Shown piece by piece: positions 40,419 to 50,907 of a stretch of 64,000 nt of DNA. The stretch's first letter is position 1, and every line of letters begins with the position of its first letter. The notes beneath the pieces were generated by a model that saw nothing but the letters and a program-made list of their open reading frames with translations, was not told the origin of the DNA and searched no databases. The stretch is from a bacterium. GTDB lineage: Bacteria > Pseudomonadota > Gammaproteobacteria > UBA6186 > Azoamicaceae. Position numbers and translations under genes: made by a program. The stretch is taken from contig DAHXPC010000008.1 in assembly GCA_027364575.1 (NCBI GenBank), positions 33,355 through 97,354 on the forward strand, given 5' to 3'.

Positions 40419-41303
40419 ATGCGTCTTGTGATTATTAGTGGTCGATCAGGCTCTGGAAAATCCATTGCATTACATGCCTTAGAAGATTTAGGGTTTTATT
40501 GCATTGATAATTTACCATTGTCTTTCTTGGCGGATCTTGAAGATCAAGTAGGAGAACTGCATCCGACCGTTGCCGTCAGCATTGACGCCCGCAATAGCCC
40601 TACCGATTCAATACACTCTAAGAAGCTTATTGAGGATTTGCACAAGGTAAAGCAACACTGTGAAATTGTGTACTTAGATGCCGATGAAAACACGCTGTTA
40701 AAAAGGTTTAGCGAGACCCGTCGTCGGCATCCTTTAACCAACCCAAATACGTCTCTTAGAGAAGCTATTCGTAAAGAACACCATATTTTAACCCCGATTG
40801 CCAGTTTGGCCGATCTCACCATTGATACAAGCCCTTTGGCCCCGCAGGCCTTATATAATCTGATACGCGATCGCATCATCCATCATCAGGAAAGCCATAT
40901 ACAATTGTTATTGCAATCCTTTGGCTTTAAACATGGTCTACCCCCGGATGCCGATTTTATTTTTGATGTTCGCTGTCTACCGAATCCTTATTGGCAACCT
41001 GAATTAAGAATGCTGTCTGGGTTAGATACTGCGGTAAAAGATTACTTAGACAATATTCCAGAGGTCAAAAGCCTTTTATCCGATCTCGTGACTTTTATCG
41101 AAAAATGGATCCCCCATTTTGAAGCCGACAATCGAAGCTATCTCACCATAGCGATTGGCTGCACAGGTGGACAGCATCGTTCGGTCTATATGGTCGAAAG
41201 TATTGCAAAAAAAATCCGTCCCATCATTCTAAATACGCAAATTAGACATCGAGAGCTTAAACTCAATCATTCCGCGTCTTTGGAAATTGAGGGTAGACAA
41301 TAG
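40419..41303 (+). CDS. rapZ: RNase adapter protein RapZ
   Basis: P-loop SGRSGSGKS at the N-terminus and CTGGQHRSV near the C-terminus. Confidence 0.93.
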   Translation: MRLVIISGRSGSGKSIALHALEDLGFYCIDNLPLSFLADLEDQVGELHPTVAVSIDARNSPTDSIHSKKLIEDLHKVKQHCEIVYLDADENTLLKRFSETRRRHPLTNPNTSLREAIRKEHHILTPIASLADLTIDTSPLAPQALYNLIRDRIIHHQESHIQLLLQSFGFKHGLPPDADFIFDVRCLPNPYWQPELRMLSGLDTAVKDYLDNIPEVKSLLSDLVTFIEKWIPHFEADNRSYLTIAIGCTGGQHRSVYMVESIAKKIRPIILNTQIRHRELKLNHSASLEIEGRQ

Positions 41304-41363
41304 AATAAGCGCCAGCGTACAATAAAGGCCAAATTTCAAATAAATTGTATAAGATCTTAAAAA

Positions 41364-43262
41364 ATGCCACTCATTCGCTTTGAAAATGTCTGTCTTGCCT
41401 TTGGGGAAGATCCACTTTTAGATAAGGTTAATTTACTGATTGAACCCAGAGAGCGTATATTCTTAATTGGCCGTAACGGCATGGGGAAATCTTGTTTATT
41501 CAAACTGATTACAGGTCAGCTGAATGCCGATCACGGGACAATTTTTAAAACCCCTGGTTTAAAAATTGCCGATTTATCCCAAGACTTGCCTCAATGTGAT
41601 GATGAGTATGTTTATGATGTGGTTGCCGATGGCGTCAAAGAGGTTGGCGCGCTCCTTAAGCAATATCATACCCTCACACATAACCCCGATATGTCTGAAA
41701 ATAGTCAATGGCTGAATACGCTTGAAAATGTCCAAAAACAATTAGACGCAAAAGATGGCTGGCAGCACCAACAAGTCATTGATTCTATTTTGACCCGTTT
41801 AGAACTCCCCGCCGATAAAAAAATGGGAACCCTCTCGGGGGGTTGGCAAAGGCGTGTAGCCTTAGCCAGAGCGTTGGTGAATCAACCGGATTTATTGCTA
41901 TTAGATGAGCCCACTAACCACTTAGATTTAGAGGCTATTGAATGGTTAGAAAAATATATTGAAGGATATTCCGGTGCACTGCTTTGTATAACCCATGATA
42001 GAACGTTATTGCGAAAACTGTCTAAAAAAATTATTGAGTTAGACAGAGGCATTTTAACGACCTTCAGTAATGGATTTGATAAATATGTTAGCGAGAAAGA
42101 ACATCTTTTAGAAGTCGAAAGCACACAAGCAAAATTATTCGATAAAAATTTGGCTAAAGAAGAAGCGTGGATAAGACAAGGCGTTAAGGCTAGACGCACC
42201 CGCAATGAAGGACGGGTCAGAGCCTTAAAAAAATTACGTCTAGAACGTGAAGCTCGCGTGAGCAAGCAAGACAAACCTAAATTTAAAGCCAATGAAACCA
42301 CCCTATCCGGGGATCTGGTCATTAATGCAGAAGCCGTCAATTATCAAATTGGCGATCGTTATCTCGTTAAAGATTTTTCTACTCGCATCTACCGAGGCGA
42401 CAAAATTGCCTTGGTTGGCCCAAATGGCGTCGGAAAAAGTACTTTTTTAAAATTACTGTTAGGCGAATTAGAACCGCAATCAGGTCTTATTCAGCGCGGC
42501 ACAAGCTTACAGATCGGATATTTTGATCAATTACGGGCAGGCATTGATTTTAATCTATCTGCCATTGAAAATGTTGCAGGCGGCAGAGAAACCATTTCTG
42601 TCAATGGCGGCGAAAAACATGTTATCAGTTATTTATCCGATTTTTTATTTACCCCTAAAAGAGCACGTGTTCCAGTTAAAATGCTCTCCGGGGGCGAATG
42701 TAATCGCCTATTGTTCGCAAAATTATTTAGCTTACCGAAAAACTTATTGGTTTTAGATGAGCCCACCAACGATCTGGATATCGAATCACTAGAATTATTA
42801 GAAGATATCTTAATGGATTATGCCGGCACCTTACTGCTGGTTAGCCATGATAGAAGCTTTGTCGAGTCGGTCGCCAGCAGCACGTTTTACTTTTGTGGGG
42901 AAGGAAAAATTAATGAATATGTCGGCGGGTTTAGTCAAATTCCAGCAACCCTAAATACGAGCAAAAAACCGGAAACCAAGGCGGTTGCCACAAAAGCAAC
43001 CCCTACGCCTGTTTCTGGTTCTGCTGCTATCCCCGCATTTACCTCTAAAATGAAAAAAGAATTAGATGAATTAATGAAAAAAATTAATACATGGGAAGCA
43101 AAACTGTATCCTTTGCAACAAGAAATCGCACACCCGCAATTTTACAATCAAGAAAAACCGACGATTGCCAAAACATTGCAAAGCCTAAAGGATCTCGAAA
43201 ACGCATTAGAGCAATTGTATAAACGGTGGGAAGAGCTAGAAAAGCTAAAATCTTCCCCCTAA
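41364..43262 (+). CDS. uup: ABC-F family ATPase (Uup-like)
   Basis: Two ABC cassettes (GRNGMGKS / LSGGWQRRVALA and GPNGVGKST / LSGGECNRLLFA) plus a C-terminal coiled coil, 632 aa. Confidence 0.85.
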   Translation: MPLIRFENVCLAFGEDPLLDKVNLLIEPRERIFLIGRNGMGKSCLFKLITGQLNADHGTIFKTPGLKIADLSQDLPQCDDEYVYDVVADGVKEVGALLKQYHTLTHNPDMSENSQWLNTLENVQKQLDAKDGWQHQQVIDSILTRLELPADKKMGTLSGGWQRRVALARALVNQPDLLLLDEPTNHLDLEAIEWLEKYIEGYSGALLCITHDRTLLRKLSKKIIELDRGILTTFSNGFDKYVSEKEHLLEVESTQAKLFDKNLAKEEAWIRQGVKARRTRNEGRVRALKKLRLEREARVSKQDKPKFKANETTLSGDLVINAEAVNYQIGDRYLVKDFSTRIYRGDKIALVGPNGVGKSTFLKLLLGELEPQSGLIQRGTSLQIGYFDQLRAGIDFNLSAIENVAGGRETISVNGGEKHVISYLSDFLFTPKRARVPVKMLSGGECNRLLFAKLFSLPKNLLVLDEPTNDLDIESLELLEDILMDYAGTLLLVSHDRSFVESVASSTFYFCGEGKINEYVGGFSQIPATLNTSKKPETKAVATKATPTPVSGSAAIPAFTSKMKKELDELMKKINTWEAKLYPLQQEIAHPQFYNQEKPTIAKTLQSLKDLENALEQLYKRWEELEKLKSSP

Positions 43263-43265
43263 TGT

Positions 43266-44597
43266 TTAATCTCCAGCAATGGTCATTTGATTGATCCAAA
43301 GGGAACCCGTTAAAATATTGCCTCGCTCTTCTATATCGTCTCCGATGGCAACCAATCCTGCAAACATATCCTTTAAATTGCCCGCAATCGTAATTTCTTC
43401 GACAGGATATTGGATTTCCCCATTTTCCACCCAAAATCCTGCAGCCCCTCTAGAATAATCTCCGGTCACAATATTGATCCCTGGCCCCATAACCTCGGTG
43501 ACTAAAAGTCCCTTGCCCATCTCTTGTAATAGCTGAGGCAGATCGTAATCACTGACTGAAACATCTAGGTTATGGATCCCACCCGCATTCCCAGTTGTTT
43601 TAAGCCCTAAACGCCGTGCGGAATAGCTGCTTAATACATAACTTTGTAAAATGCCATCTTTAATAATATCGTGCTCTTTTGTGGCAACCCCTTCTTGATC
43701 AAAGGGTGCGCTACCATGGCCTTTGCGTAAATGGGGCATCTCTTTCATTTGCACAAAGTCTGGAAATATTTTTTTCCCTAAATGATCCAGCAAAAAAGTA
43801 GATTTCCGATACAGGTTGCCACCCGAAATAGCAGAAATAAAATTGCCCAATAGACCCCCGGCAATTTCAGAGGCAAAAATAACCGGCGCATCACAGGTTT
43901 TTATTTTCCGCGCATTGAGTCGCCGGAGCGTTCGAAGTGCGGCCTGTTGCCCAACCGATTTGCGCGAGTCTAAATCTTGGGCGTCGCGTGCAACGGTATA
44001 ATCATAATCCCGCTGCATCGCATCGGAATGGGGGGATTTACCAATCACTGCACAAGACAGAGAATGCCGAGTGCTCGGGTACGCCCCAATAAAACCATGC
44101 GTATTGCCATATGCGCGATAATGGGTATGGGTTGAAAAAGTGGCCCCTTCGGAATTGATAATGCGTTCATCAAAGGCTCTGGCACTCGCTTCGCATTCTT
44201 TGGCCCACTTTTGCGCATCTTCTGCAGACACTTGCCAAGGAAAATAAATATCCAAATCAGGCACAGAACGTGCCATATGCGCAGGATCAGCAAGCCCTGC
44301 ACAAGGATCTTCTTCCGTATATTCTGCAATATTACAAGCCGCCTCTAAGGAAGCACGGATGGCATCCGGGTGAATGTCGGTGGTTGAAACCGAACCTTTC
44401 CTTTTCCCTTTATAAATGGTAATGCCAAGCGCTTTATCTTGGTTGAATTCGATGGTTTCTATTTCACCCAGTCGAACGGTTGCCGATAACCCTTTGCCAT
44501 AAGAAATTCCGGCTTCTGCGGTATCTGCCCCTAAACTTTTCGCTTGTTTTAAAACATCCTGAATGACTGCTTTTAAATTTTCCCATTCATAATTCAT
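43266..44597 (-). CDS. pmbA: metalloprotease PmbA (TldE)
   Basis: TldD/PmbA family pattern. 4-nt overlap with tldD. Confidence 0.92.
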   Translation of the reverse strand: MNYEWENLKAVIQDVLKQAKSLGADTAEAGISYGKGLSATVRLGEIETIEFNQDKALGITIYKGKRKGSVSTTDIHPDAIRASLEAACNIAEYTEEDPCAGLADPAHMARSVPDLDIYFPWQVSAEDAQKWAKECEASARAFDERIINSEGATFSTHTHYRAYGNTHGFIGAYPSTRHSLSCAVIGKSPHSDAMQRDYDYTVARDAQDLDSRKSVGQQAALRTLRRLNARKIKTCDAPVIFASEIAGGLLGNFISAISGGNLYRKSTFLLDHLGKKIFPDFVQMKEMPHLRKGHGSAPFDQEGVATKEHDIIKDGILQSYVLSSYSARRLGLKTTGNAGGIHNLDVSVSDYDLPQLLQEMGKGLLVTEVMGPGINIVTGDYSRGAAGFWVENGEIQYPVEEITIAGNLKDMFAGLVAIGDDIEERGNILTGSLWINQMTIAGD

Positions 44598-46051
44598 GCT
44601 CGGGTTCCTCCCACTGTCATCATATCAATTTTTAAAGTGGGTTGCCCAACGCCGACCGGAACGCTTTGCCCTTCTTTACCACAGACGCCAATACCCGTAT
44701 CTAATTTAAGATCGTTTCCAACCATCGTAATGTGTTTCAAGATTTCAGGGCCACTGCCCACAAAAGTCGCGCCTTTTAGCGGACGGGTCGCTTTGCCATT
44801 TTCAATTAAATAGGCTTCACTGGCACTAAATACAAATTTGCCGGAGGTGATATCCACTTGACCACCGCCAAAATTCACCGCATAGATACCTTTTTCAACA
44901 GAACCGATAATTTCTTCTGGAGAATGCGCACCGGCTAGCATATACGTATTGGTCATTCTGGGTAGGGTTAAATGGGCATACGATTCTCTTCTGCCATTTC
45001 CCGTTGATTGGGTGTTCATCAAACGTGCATTTAATTTATCTTGCAAATAGCCTTTTAAAATACCATTTTCAATTAACGTCGTGCATTGGGTAGGCGTTCC
45101 TTCATCATCAATGTTTAACGAACCTCTGCGCTCAGGCAGTGTGCCATCATCTACCACGGTACACAGATCAGATGCCACCCGTTCACCAATTCTACCCGAA
45201 AATGAAGAGCTTCCTTTTCGATTAAAATCTCCTTCTAAACCATGTCCGATCGCTTCATGCAATAATACACCCGGCCAACCCGGGCCCAACACCACGGGCA
45301 TCGTTCCTGCAGGCGCTGCAATGGCATTTAAGTTAACCAATGCTTGCCGCACCGCTTCCCGTGCATAATTGAGCGCCAAATCCCCTTCTAAAAACCGTTG
45401 ATAACCAAAACGGCCGCCACCGCCACTACTGCCTTGCTCACGACGTCCCTTTTCTTCGGCAATCACAGTCACATTTAACCGAACCAATGGGCGAATATCG
45501 GCGCTAAAAGTCCCATCACTGGCGGCAATTAAAATAATTTCATGAACCCCGGAGAGGCTTACCACCACTTGTTTTATCCGCGGATCAATTCGACGTGCTT
45601 CCAAGTCCAATTTGCGTAACAATGCAATTTTTTCTTTATCGGCAATAGAGCGTAAAGGATCTGCCATGCCATACAAAACTTGAGGCGTGGGCACAGAATT
45701 CCATACCTGAATTTTATTCTGGCCCCCATGTAACGCGATTGTTCTGGCGGCTTTTGCCGCACTTTCTAATGCCGGCAGAATAATATCATCTGAATATGCA
45801 AATCCGGTTTTTTCGCCACTGATGGCGCGAACCCCCACCCCATAATCAATATTATAATTTCCGTCTTTAATAATGCCGTCTTCTAGCACCCAAGACTCAT
45901 GACGTGCGCTTTGAAAATACAGATCGGCATAATCAACCGCATGCCCTAAAACATTTCCCAAGACTTGTTGCAACTCACGAGAAGATAAGCCCGCGGGCTC
46001 CAAAAGGGATTGGCATGCAATATCTAAATGGTTTACGACACCGGTGGTCAT
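44594..46051 (-). CDS. tldD: metalloprotease TldD
   Basis: [11 protein letters not shown] zinc motif, 485 aa. Confidence 0.95.
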   Translation of the reverse strand: MTTGVVNHLDIACQSLLEPAGLSSRELQQVLGNVLGHAVDYADLYFQSARHESWVLEDGIIKDGNYNIDYGVGVRAISGEKTGFAYSDDIILPALESAAKAARTIALHGGQNKIQVWNSVPTPQVLYGMADPLRSIADKEKIALLRKLDLEARRIDPRIKQVVVSLSGVHEIILIAASDGTFSADIRPLVRLNVTVIAEEKGRREQGSSGGGGRFGYQRFLEGDLALNYAREAVRQALVNLNAIAAPAGTMPVVLGPGWPGVLLHEAIGHGLEGDFNRKGSSSFSGRIGERVASDLCTVVDDGTLPERRGSLNIDDEGTPTQCTTLIENGILKGYLQDKLNARLMNTQSTGNGRRESYAHLTLPRMTNTYMLAGAHSPEEIIGSVEKGIYAVNFGGGQVDITSGKFVFSASEAYLIENGKATRPLKGATFVGSGPEILKHITMVGNDLKLDTGIGVCGKEGQSVPVGVGQPTLKIDMMTVGGTRA

Positions 46052-46228
46052 ATTTAAAATTCCTTAAAACAATCTTTAGACAACGGGCTTGGCTGGATAA
46101 AGCCTAATACATTTCAGTAAGTTAGTTTAATAATGTTAAGCCTTATCCCTTCTTTTACCCAACATTTACCGCAAAGTGTTGGCCATCTCTAGAAAATTCA
46201 TGGGCTCTATGGGACAATAGCAAATAAT

Positions 46229-46435
46229 ATGAGAACCGTACACTGTCCAAATTGCCAAAAACCAGTCGAGTGGTCGGAGAAATCCCGCTATCGCCCTTTC
46301 TGTAGCCAACGCTGTAGAACCATAGATATAGGTGCGTGGGCGGATGGCTCCTATACCATTCCGCTTCCCCTTAAGCCTGAAGATATGGATGAACTCCTAT
46401 CGACTATAGAAGATGCAGAAAATCCTGAAGAATAA
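46229..46435 (+). CDS. yacG: DNA gyrase inhibitor YacG
   Basis: CPNC...CSQRC zinc finger and the GAWADGSY tail. Confidence 0.85.
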   Translation: MRTVHCPNCQKPVEWSEKSRYRPFCSQRCRTIDIGAWADGSYTIPLPLKPEDMDELLSTIEDAENPEE

Positions 46436-46456
46436 CGGTGTGTAAAATTCGATAGT

Positions 46457-47818
46457 ATGCCATCCCACTCTTTAACCTTGCGCTTTTGCGACACGCATGG
46501 AAACCCCCTTTGTTTCCAGGCCCTAGAAATTACCGTCAACCATCAAAAAATTGCTCTGTATTTAAATAAAGAGGGATATTCCGATCCCCTTGTATTGAGC
46601 CCTACCGATTGGGAAGGGACAGTGGTCATTGATCACTGCGAAACCCTGGATTTACAAACGGGATACCCGACACATAAACAAATGATTGCTTTACCCCTAT
46701 ATCGCAAAGCCGGTTTGCTATTATTGACGGTTATCCCCGCCCCCATTGTCATTCACTTGCAAAAAGAGCCTTTATTAAATGCAGAACAAATCGATTACTT
46801 TAAACAAAATGGTAATAATGCCCTGTTATTTATCCACGGCTATCATATTGATTTTGGGCAGTATGGCTGTTACCCAGATACTTTCGAATTCACCAACCCC
46901 ATCAGTATTGTAGAGCCCCATTTTAAAGATGCTTATGAAAAAAACATCCATACGCAGATTGAATTTAAAAAAACCCACTATACCCGTACGATTTGTTGCG
47001 ATCTCACCCATCCTGATGAAATTTCTGCCGCTTTTCCAGAACTGATGCTTCCCTATAAACAGCATTTTTCTCGCTATCGCGCAGGCGAAAACCCTGAAGG
47101 CATAGGGGCGGAAAATGCGGTATTCAATGGCACAGGGGCATGCCAATGGTTTGTTCATATGGAATATAATTTTAATCGGGCTGCCGGTTTGCCTATTCAT
47201 CAGTATGGGGGATATACCAGGATATTAGGCGTACATTGGCCAGGCAAAGTAGGATTGGCGAATTTTCAACAGGCTGAACGGAACTGTGATGACTTTTCGG
47301 ATCCCTTTCGCCGTTTACTTCAGCAACTGATCGAACACAATATCCAGATCAATATTGTCGCACACAGCTTAGGATGTAGGATTGTGCTACAAGCCTTAAA
47401 AAAGCTTGCAGAAAAAAATAAAGAGGACTGTATTGAACAAGTCATTTTATGGCAAGCCGCGCTTCCCAGCCATGCGTTAACCGATCATCCCGCCTTTTAC
47501 AATGCGTATAAAAGCGCTAAATCCATGACCATCTTGCATAGCCTAAAAGATACGATATTGCGGACCTTTTATAGTTCCTCACATTTAAATACATTTTCAA
47601 TCATAGATGCTTTAGGCTATAAAGGCGCCAAACAAGATCCCCTTTTTATCACTCTGCAAAAATCTAAAAGAGTACTTTCGGTGGATCACACGCCCTATCT
47701 GCATGGCCATTCTTTTATGAAAGTCCCTAGTGCTAGCTTGATGCAAAATGTTTACCAGGAATATATTATTGGGGGAAATTTTGGCATAAAAAGTTTTGGT
47801 CAGTATCCATTGGTCTAG
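46457..47818 (+). CDS. alpha/beta hydrolase, DUF900-like, with unrecognised N-terminal region
   Basis: LLFIHGYHIDF, HWPGKVGLANFQQAE and IVAHSLGCRIVLQAL match the DUF900 blocks (HGyn.sf / fsWPS.g / ilaHSMG). Candidate triad S304 / D365 / H416-418. Confidence 0.5.
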   Translation: MPSHSLTLRFCDTHGNPLCFQALEITVNHQKIALYLNKEGYSDPLVLSPTDWEGTVVIDHCETLDLQTGYPTHKQMIALPLYRKAGLLLLTVIPAPIVIHLQKEPLLNAEQIDYFKQNGNNALLFIHGYHIDFGQYGCYPDTFEFTNPISIVEPHFKDAYEKNIHTQIEFKKTHYTRTICCDLTHPDEISAAFPELMLPYKQHFSRYRAGENPEGIGAENAVFNGTGACQWFVHMEYNFNRAAGLPIHQYGGYTRILGVHWPGKVGLANFQQAERNCDDFSDPFRRLLQQLIEHNIQINIVAHSLGCRIVLQALKKLAEKNKEDCIEQVILWQAALPSHALTDHPAFYNAYKSAKSMTILHSLKDTILRTFYSSSHLNTFSIIDALGYKGAKQDPLFITLQKSKRVLSVDHTPYLHGHSFMKVPSASLMQNVYQEYIIGGNFGIKSFGQYPLV

Positions 47819-47986
47819 GATTTGTCCAGTTAGTGCGAATAACTTCAGTGTATCTTCCCGCGCTTGCATTCACCGCATTTTAGAGTAGATATTTACTGTT
47901 AGGATCTTGTAATATGTCACTTAATCTACTTTTGGCTTCAAGCCAAGCATTTTATATTGAAGGCTATATTCTTAAGGAAGGCTAGC

Positions 47987-49210
47987 ATGGCAATGACTTT
48001 TAAATTCCCAACCATCAATTTATCCATTAGGCTATTACTCGTTTTAATCGGTACTGTTTTTTTTGGCAGTTTTCTGCCTGAAAGCGTAAAGTCCCTTGCC
48101 TTTGCCATCAGCATTACGTTGAAGGGCCTATTATTATTTGTATTACCGGCCATTATTTTTAGCTGCCTTTTTTCATGCCTACTCGCTTTCCGGGGGCGGC
48201 AAGCCATCGGCTTTATGGTGATCCTGTTCACAGTCGTATTCCTCTCTAACTATGCTGCAACGCTTATCGCTTATGGCGTTGGATCATTTAAGTTAATAAG
48301 CTTGGCGCCTATGGTGCTCGATCACACACAAAATGGTCACGAGCTTTTACCTATGTGGCATATCACTTTTCCGCAATGGATGCCTTATGATTATGCCTTA
48401 TATTTAGGATTTATCGTTGGCGCATTCTTTTCTTTCTTTCCAAGCAGCAAAGCTTATCGATTTAGCGATTTTAGCAAACACTATGTAACGCTCTTTTTAG
48501 AAAAAGGATTTATCCCCTTATTACCATTTTTTGCCTTAGGCTTTATTATCAAAATGCAGCATGATGGGATCTTAGCCAATATTATCCAATCCTATGTACC
48601 CCTGCTGTTATTGATAACCTTAACCTGTGTGCTCTACTTATTATTTTTATTTGCCATGGCGGCCAATTTCAAGGTTAGCCGCTGGGTGCAATATCTAAAA
48701 AATATGGTACCCGTCGCATTGATGGGTCTGTCAACGATGTCTAGCCTTGCCACCATGCCGGTAACGCTCGCCGCCGCTGAAAAAAACACCAATAACACCA
48801 CTATTCCTCGCGCCGTTATTCCGGCTACGGTAAACATTCATATGGTCGGGGTAGCGATTACCATTCCGCTTATGGCATTGTCTATTTTAATGAGCTTTGG
48901 TTATGAATTGCCCAGTTTGGCAAACTATTGCTTATTTGCAGCCTATTTTGTATTAGCCCAGTTTACCATTGCCGCAGTGCCCGGTGGTGGCATTCTGGTT
49001 ATGTTACCGCTACTCGAAAGTCATTTGGGCTTTTCGGCAGAAATGACAGCCCTTATCACAGCGCTGTATATTTTATTTGATCCGGTGATTACGCTTACCA
49101 ATGTGTTAGGGAACAGTGCATTGGTGATCATGCTGGCTAAAATCTTTAAGCGCGAAGAAGAAAAAGAAGACGAGGAAGAAGCAGAGCCTACTATTTTACA
49201 GGAAGGGTAA
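47987..49210 (+). CDS. dicarboxylate/amino acid:cation symporter family transporter
   Basis: Multipass protein with the serine-rich STMSSLATMPV motif. The ATG at 47987 has AAGGAAGG upstream; the track start at 47957 is a TTG. Acidic C-terminal tail. Confidence 0.75.
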   Translation: MAMTFKFPTINLSIRLLLVLIGTVFFGSFLPESVKSLAFAISITLKGLLLFVLPAIIFSCLFSCLLAFRGRQAIGFMVILFTVVFLSNYAATLIAYGVGSFKLISLAPMVLDHTQNGHELLPMWHITFPQWMPYDYALYLGFIVGAFFSFFPSSKAYRFSDFSKHYVTLFLEKGFIPLLPFFALGFIIKMQHDGILANIIQSYVPLLLLITLTCVLYLLFLFAMAANFKVSRWVQYLKNMVPVALMGLSTMSSLATMPVTLAAAEKNTNNTTIPRAVIPATVNIHMVGVAITIPLMALSILMSFGYELPSLANYCLFAAYFVLAQFTIAAVPGGGILVMLPLLESHLGFSAEMTALITALYILFDPVITLTNVLGNSALVIMLAKIFKREEEKEDEEEAEPTILQEG

Positions 49211-49593
49211 CACGCTACATAGCAAGCACATTTTTCTTACACTCCCCCATTCGCCTTGCGAACACCTTCACCCCAACAAATTAGGGGAAGGAATAACAAT
49301 ATGCAAGGTTTTTATAAATCCGTTATGTAACGTAGCATCAAGATAGCCACTCATCCGTTGCTTGTTTGAAGCTTTTGGTGCCCCGACACCACGAATACAT
49401 ATAAATCAATTATTGCCAGCCTTTGGGTATCAAAAACCATCGATAAGTTCTGGATACCAAGGTAGTTTAAACTCTTCACCGCCAAACAGCGCAAAAGCGG
49501 CTATCAGATTAACTTAAATTCTGCGATACCCCATAAAAAAATACGCAGGTTTTCCGTTTTGTTACAAGATATTAACACTGCTCAACAAAACAA

Positions 49594-49618
49594 TTAGTCA
49601 AAGGTCAGACTTGACCCC
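49594..49618. repeat. solitary copy of the MITE-like terminal repeat
   Basis: TTAGTCAAAGGTCAGACTTGACCCC matches 14448..14472 at 23 of 25 positions in the same orientation. Lies 6 nt from the tRNA-Ser 3-prime end. Confidence 0.6.
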
Positions 49619-49624
49619 AAAAAA

Positions 49625-49714
49625 TGGCGGAGAGGGTGGGAGTCGAACCCACGGTACCCGCAAAGGTACAACGGTTTTCGAGACCGCCCCGATCGGCCAC
49701 TCTGGCACCTCTCC
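49625..49714 (-). tRNA. tRNA-Ser (anticodon CGA)
   Basis: The reverse complement GGAGAGGTGCCAGAGTGGCCGATCGGGGCGGTCTCGAAAACCG...GGGTTCGACTCCCACCCTCTCCGCCA folds as a class II tRNA. It has anticodon loop CUCGAAA, a long variable arm, an encoded CCA, and is very close to E. coli serU-type tRNA. Confidence 0.92.
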
Positions 49715-49735
49715 TAAAACTCATATGGCTATATT

Positions 49736-49939
49736 TCAAACCTCAGGAATTTGATATTCCTCACTAAACGATCCTACTTGCAAATCTTTCGGGATCTGAA
49801 TCGCGGGATATGACTTTGCTTCGACGTAATCCTCTGAGCGATCACGTAACCAACCCTGTTTTCCTTTCATACTGCAACCCATCAGCATCGTCATGGTTAA
49901 TCCCACAACCACAATATTAATCATATTTTTCATTTGCAT
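49736..49939 (-). CDS. small lipoprotein resembling only the N-terminal segment of BamC
   Basis: Lipobox LMGC. The mature part RDRSEDYVEAKSYPAIQIPKDLQVGSFSEEYQIPEV aligns with the E. coli BamC N-terminus (SGDEAYLEAAPLAELHAP...SGDYAIPV). Sits directly downstream of dapA, as bamC does. Confidence 0.5.
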   Translation of the reverse strand: MQMKNMINIVVVGLTMTMLMGCSMKGKQGWLRDRSEDYVEAKSYPAIQIPKDLQVGSFSEEYQIPEV

Positions 49940-49940
49940 T

Positions 49941-50816
49941 TTATAGGGCTCCACTGACTTTCATCGCGTCCCTTACCCTTTCATGGTATTGTTCTGAAAG
50001 TGGCGTAAGAGGTAAACGTATTCCACAGTCTATCCAACCCAATTGTTGCATGGCCCATTTAACGGGAATGGGATTGGCTTCAACAAATAGATCTTTATGT
50101 AAAAGCATTAATTTGGTATTCAATACCCCTGCCGTATGCACATCATTTTCTAAGGCCGCTTTACACATATCGTGCATGGCTTTAGGAACAACATTCGCTG
50201 TGACCGAGATGACGCCCTTTCCGCCTTGCAGCATAAAAGCTAACGCACTGGCATCATCTCCAGAATACAGATCAAGCTTACCTTTAACCGCCGCGAATAA
50301 TTCTCGCGCACGGACTAAATCACCTGTCGCTTCTTTTAATGCGATGATATTGGAAATATTGGATAACCGTTCCACAGTTTCAGGTAATAAATCACAGCCC
50401 GTTCTTTTAGGCACATTGTATAAAATAATGGGGATAGAAACGGTTTCGGCTATCGCTTTATAATGTTGATAAAGCCCTTCCTGAGTCGGTCGATTGTAAT
50501 AGGGGGTTACCACCAAACACGCCTGTGCGCCTAAATTCAGCGCTTGTTCGGTTTGATAAATAGTTTCTAAGGTAGAAGCAGTGCCCGTACCCACAATAAT
50601 CGCGATACGATCTTTAGCCGCATCCAAAGAAAGCTTAATAATTTTATTTCTTTCGGACTCGGTTAATACAGAAGCTTCCCCGGTTGTGCCCAATATAACG
50701 ATGGCATTCGTTCCGGCTGTAATATGCCTATCTATCAGGCTTAGCAAGTTTTTTTCGTCTAGTTCCCCCGTTGCCGTCATTGGCGTTACTAGGGCAACCA
50801 TACTTCCTTGAAACAT
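49941..50816 (-). CDS. dapA: 4-hydroxy-tetrahydrodipicolinate synthase
   Basis: LGTTGEASVLT and YNVPKRTG motifs. The ATG at 50816 (MFQGSMVALVTPM) is preferred; the track start is a TTG. Confidence 0.95.
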   Translation of the reverse strand: MFQGSMVALVTPMTATGELDEKNLLSLIDRHITAGTNAIVILGTTGEASVLTESERNKIIKLSLDAAKDRIAIIVGTGTASTLETIYQTEQALNLGAQACLVVTPYYNRPTQEGLYQHYKAIAETVSIPIILYNVPKRTGCDLLPETVERLSNISNIIALKEATGDLVRARELFAAVKGKLDLYSGDDASALAFMLQGGKGVISVTANVVPKAMHDMCKAALENDVHTAGVLNTKLMLLHKDLFVEANPIPVKWAMQQLGWIDCGIRLPLTPLSEQYHERVRDAMKVSGAL

Positions 50817-50907
50817 AAAACCCAAAAACCTCTATAAACGTTAACGACTTAAGATAAGAACCCTAATTGTACTTAAAAATCTGATATCCCACAAGAAATT
50901 GAATAAT

